A DNA stretch of 64,000 bases. Origin: Oscillospiraceae bacterium (GTDB lineage: Bacteria > Bacillota > Clostridia > Oscillospirales > Oscillospiraceae). Location: assembly GCA_902801295.1 (NCBI GenBank), contig CADCHN010000021.1, forward strand, positions 13 to 64,012, given 5' to 3'. A program made the translations under genes and the position numbers. The notes under the pieces were generated by a model. The model saw nothing but the letters and a program-made list of their open reading frames with translations, was not told the DNA's origin and did not search any database. Below are positions 61,377-64,000 of the stretch, one piece after another (the first letter of the stretch is position 1; every line of letters begins with the position of its first letter).

Positions 61377-62699
61377 ATGGGTCTTATCAAAGCAGCGCTG
61401 GGTGCGGCAGGCGGCGTTCTGGCCGACCAGTGGAAAGAGTATTTTTATTGTGAAGCCATCCCCGCCGACGTGCTGGTCACCAAGGGCGTCAAGCGCACGG
61501 GCGGCCGTTCCTCCAATACCAGAGGCAGCGACAACATCATCTCCAACGGCTCCGTCATCGCCGTGGCCGACGGCCAGTGCATGATCATCGTGGAGCAGGG
61601 CAAGGTGGTCGATCTCTGCGCCGAGCCGGGCGAATACACTTACGACAGCTCCAGCGAGCCCTCCCTCTTCTGCGGCAGTCTGGGTCAGAGCATCAAGGAA
61701 GTGTTCAAAAACATCGGCAAGCGCTTTACCTTCGGCGGCGAGGCCCCGATGGATCAGCGCGTGTACTACTTCAACACCAAGGAGCTGGTCGGCAACAAGT
61801 ACGGCACGCCCTCCCCGGTGCCCTTCCGCGTGGTAGACAACAACATCGGCCTGGACGTCGATATTTCGATCCGCTGCTTCGGTGAATACAGCTACCGCGT
61901 CTCCAACCCGATCCTCTTCTACACCAACATCTGCGGCAATGTCAGCTCCGCCTACACCCGCGGCCAGATCGACGGCCAGCTCAAAACCGAGCTGCTGACC
62001 GCCCTGCAGCCCGCCTTCGCCCGCATTTCCGAGATGGGCATCCGCTACAGCGCCCTGCCCGGCCACACCCAGGAGCTGGCTGACGCGCTCAACGACGTCC
62101 TCTCCGCCAAGTGGCGCGATCTGCGCGGCATTGAGATCGTCTCCTTCGGCGTGTCCTCCGTCAAGGCCAGCGAGGAAGACGAGGCCATGATCAAGGAGCT
62201 GCAGCGCAACGCCACCTTCCGCAATCCCAACATGGCCGCGGCGCACCTGGTCGGCGCGCAGGCGGCAGCCATGCAGGCGGCGGCCTCCAACGAAGGCGCC
62301 GGCGCCCCGATGGCCTTCATGGGCATGAACATGGCCGGCCAGGCCGGCGGCTTCAACGCCCAAAGCCTGTACCAGATGGGTCAGCAGCAGCCCGCGGCTC
62401 CCGCCGCCCCGGCCGCCGACGCCTGGACCTGCCCGAGCTGCGGCAAGCCCGCCACCGGCAAGTTCTGCCCGGAGTGCGGCACGAAGAAGCCCGAGCCCGC
62501 TGCCGTCGATTTCTGGACCTGCCCGACCTGCGGCGCGAAGAATCAGGGCAAATTCTGCTCCGAGTGCGGCGCGAAAAAGCCCGCCGGCGTGCCCCAGTAC
62601 CGCTGCGACAAGTGCGGCTGGCAGCCTGCCGATCCCACCAAGCCGCCCAAGTTCTGCCCCGAGTGCGGCGACCCCTTTGACGACGGCGATATCGTCTGA
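61377..62699 (+). CDS. SPFH-domain protein with C-terminal tandem zinc ribbons (COG4260-like)
   Basis: MGLIKAALGAAGGVLADQWKEYF N-terminus. Three CPxCG..FCxECG ribbons at the C-terminus. Confidence 0.75.
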   Translation: MGLIKAALGAAGGVLADQWKEYFYCEAIPADVLVTKGVKRTGGRSSNTRGSDNIISNGSVIAVADGQCMIIVEQGKVVDLCAEPGEYTYDSSSEPSLFCGSLGQSIKEVFKNIGKRFTFGGEAPMDQRVYYFNTKELVGNKYGTPSPVPFRVVDNNIGLDVDISIRCFGEYSYRVSNPILFYTNICGNVSSAYTRGQIDGQLKTELLTALQPAFARISEMGIRYSALPGHTQELADALNDVLSAKWRDLRGIEIVSFGVSSVKASEEDEAMIKELQRNATFRNPNMAAAHLVGAQAAAMQAAASNEGAGAPMAFMGMNMAGQAGGFNAQSLYQMGQQQPAAPAAPAADAWTCPSCGKPATGKFCPECGTKKPEPAAVDFWTCPTCGAKNQGKFCSECGAKKPAGVPQYRCDKCGWQPADPTKPPKFCPECGDPFDDGDIV

Positions 62700-62761
62700 T
62701 TTCCATGCTTTTCACAGGGCGGCGCACGCCGCCCTGTACCTTTCAGTAAGGAGGCTGGCTC

Positions 62762-63859
62762 ATGGCAAGCCAAATCACCAACTACCAGTGCCCGGCCTGT
62801 ACCGGCCCGCTGCATTTTGTCGGCGCCTCCGGCAAGCTGGAGTGCGAATACTGCGGCAGCAAATTTTCCGTGCAGGAGATCGAGGCGCTCTACGCCGACA
62901 AGGTCGACGCCGCCGAAGCGGCCGGCGTGCAGGCGCAGTCCGCCGAGGCGGCGCAGGCGGCCGAGGAATACAGCTTTCAGCAGGGTGCGGAGGGCCTGAA
63001 GGTCTACAGCTGTCCGAGCTGCGGCGCGGAGCTCTTCTGCGATGAGACGACCGCCGCCACCAGCTGCCCCTACTGCGGCAACCCGACCGTTGTGCCCGGC
63101 CAATTCCACGGCCAGCGGAAGCCGGACTACGTCCTCCCCTTCAAGCTGGACAAAGCCGCGGCCGTCGCCGCACTGAAGAACTATTACAAAGGCAAAAAGC
63201 TGCTGCCCCGCGCTTTCACCGACCAGAACCACATCGAGGAGATCCGTGGCGTTTACGTCCCCTTCTGGCTCTTCGACGGGCGCGTGTCGGCGGATATCCG
63301 CTACGCCGCGACCCGGGTGCGCAGCTTCACCAGCGGCAAATACCGCATCACCGAGACCGACCACTATGACGTCCGCCGCGCCGGCACGCTGGACTTCCGG
63401 CGCATCCCGGCCGACGGCTCCACCAAGATGCCCGATGCGATGATGGACTCCATCGAGCCCTTTGACTACAGCGATCTCAAGCCCTTTTCCACGGCCTATC
63501 TGCCGGGCTTTCTTGCAGACATCTACGACGTGTCCGCCAAAGACGCCTCCGAGCGTGCGGAACGCCGGGCCTGCAACACCTCCGTTGCCGAGATGAACGC
63601 CACCGCCGCCGGCTATGCCAGCTGCACGCCGGTCAGCCAGACGGTGGAAATGCCGCGCATCAAGGCAAAATACGCCCTGCTGCCGGTGTGGATGCTCGCC
63701 ACGCGCTGGAACGGCAACAGCTATCTCTTCGCCATGAACGGCCAGACCGGCAAGCTCATCGGCGACCTGCCCGTGTCGATGGGGCGCTGGTGGGCCTGGT
63801 TCTTCGGTATCGCCGGACCGCTGGCCGCCGTGCTGGCCGCGATCCTGTTTCTGATGTGA
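62762..63859 (+). CDS. Zinc-ribbon protein with a C-terminal TM anchor (usual neighbour of COG4260 genes)
   Basis: YQCPACTG..CEYCGS and CPSCGA..CPYCGN ribbons. C-terminal WWAWFFGIAGPLAAVLAAILFLM. Confidence 0.55.
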   Translation: MASQITNYQCPACTGPLHFVGASGKLECEYCGSKFSVQEIEALYADKVDAAEAAGVQAQSAEAAQAAEEYSFQQGAEGLKVYSCPSCGAELFCDETTAATSCPYCGNPTVVPGQFHGQRKPDYVLPFKLDKAAAVAALKNYYKGKKLLPRAFTDQNHIEEIRGVYVPFWLFDGRVSADIRYAATRVRSFTSGKYRITETDHYDVRRAGTLDFRRIPADGSTKMPDAMMDSIEPFDYSDLKPFSTAYLPGFLADIYDVSAKDASERAERRACNTSVAEMNATAAGYASCTPVSQTVEMPRIKAKYALLPVWMLATRWNGNSYLFAMNGQTGKLIGDLPVSMGRWWAWFFGIAGPLAAVLAAILFLM

Positions 63860-63867
63860 GGAGGGAG

Positions 63868-64000
63868 ATGGCCATGAAAAAACGACTGTTTTCCCTGCTG
63901 CTTGCCCTCCTGCTGCTGACGCTCTGCCTGCCCGCGGCCTTCGCCGAGGACGCCGCGCCCGCGGAGGAGACCGCATCGGTTGAGGAGACTGCGCCGGTCG
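63868..64000 (+). CDS. 5' end of a secreted protein gene (truncated by the window edge)
   Basis: MAMKKRLFSLLLALLLLTLCLPAAFAED signal peptide after a GGAGGGAG RBS. No stop before the window ends. Confidence 0.4.
   Translation, partial: MAMKKRLFSLLLALLLLTLCLPAAFAEDAAPAEETASVEETAPV

Noticed and set aside
61185-62363. N-terminal 393 codons of the 675-aa minus-strand ORF containing folD
   Set aside because: FolD homology begins at MAEQLLGRPVA (ATG 61184) with a strong RBS. The upstream part is antisense to the well-supported SPFH gene and has shadow-ORF composition.

Overview
This is a high-GC (about 60-65%) Firmicutes/Clostridia-type chromosome segment. ypeB, jag, an LPXTG-like anchor and a dockerin suggest an Oscillospiraceae/Ruminococcaceae-like organism, which is inference only. 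Nothing was searched or computed: all domain calls come from reading motifs in the supplied translations, and all repeats were found by eye.

The right ~38 kb (26.3-64 kb) is mostly housekeeping:
- ypeB, gltX, trpS and an MraY-like GT4 transferase
- a VTC/DUF4956 operon
- rpsF-ssb-rpsR
- a 2379-aa wall-anchored surface protein
- acpP and jag-yidC-yidD-rnpA-rpmH
- a cation antiporter, a dockerin-bearing LRR protein, aspartokinase and folD
- an SPFH/zinc-ribbon pair

The left ~26 kb is accessory and compositionally mosaic:
1. A tight vWA(DUF2201) / LRR-BRCT / SIR2-like / MoxR-ATPase operon (341-6355).
2. An IS110-family element (about 6490-7860).
3. A minus-strand island (7969-20236) holding a WYL regulator, a DUF4143 ATPase, acidic and zinc-ribbon hypotheticals and a Sel1-repeat protein. 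It also holds a translationally coupled triad: a protein with two RNAP alpha-CTD-like domains plus a sigma-70 region-4 HTH, a ParB/Srx-like protein and an SNF2 helicase.
4. A small Tn4451-like mobilisable element (about 20.3-26.3 kb) with an S24 repressor, a MobC/relaxase ORF that looks rearranged, TnpW and a large serine recombinase.

The two multi-gene loci (1 and the triad in 3) are the best candidates for undescribed conflict or defence systems. I saw no rRNA, tRNA or CRISPR array.
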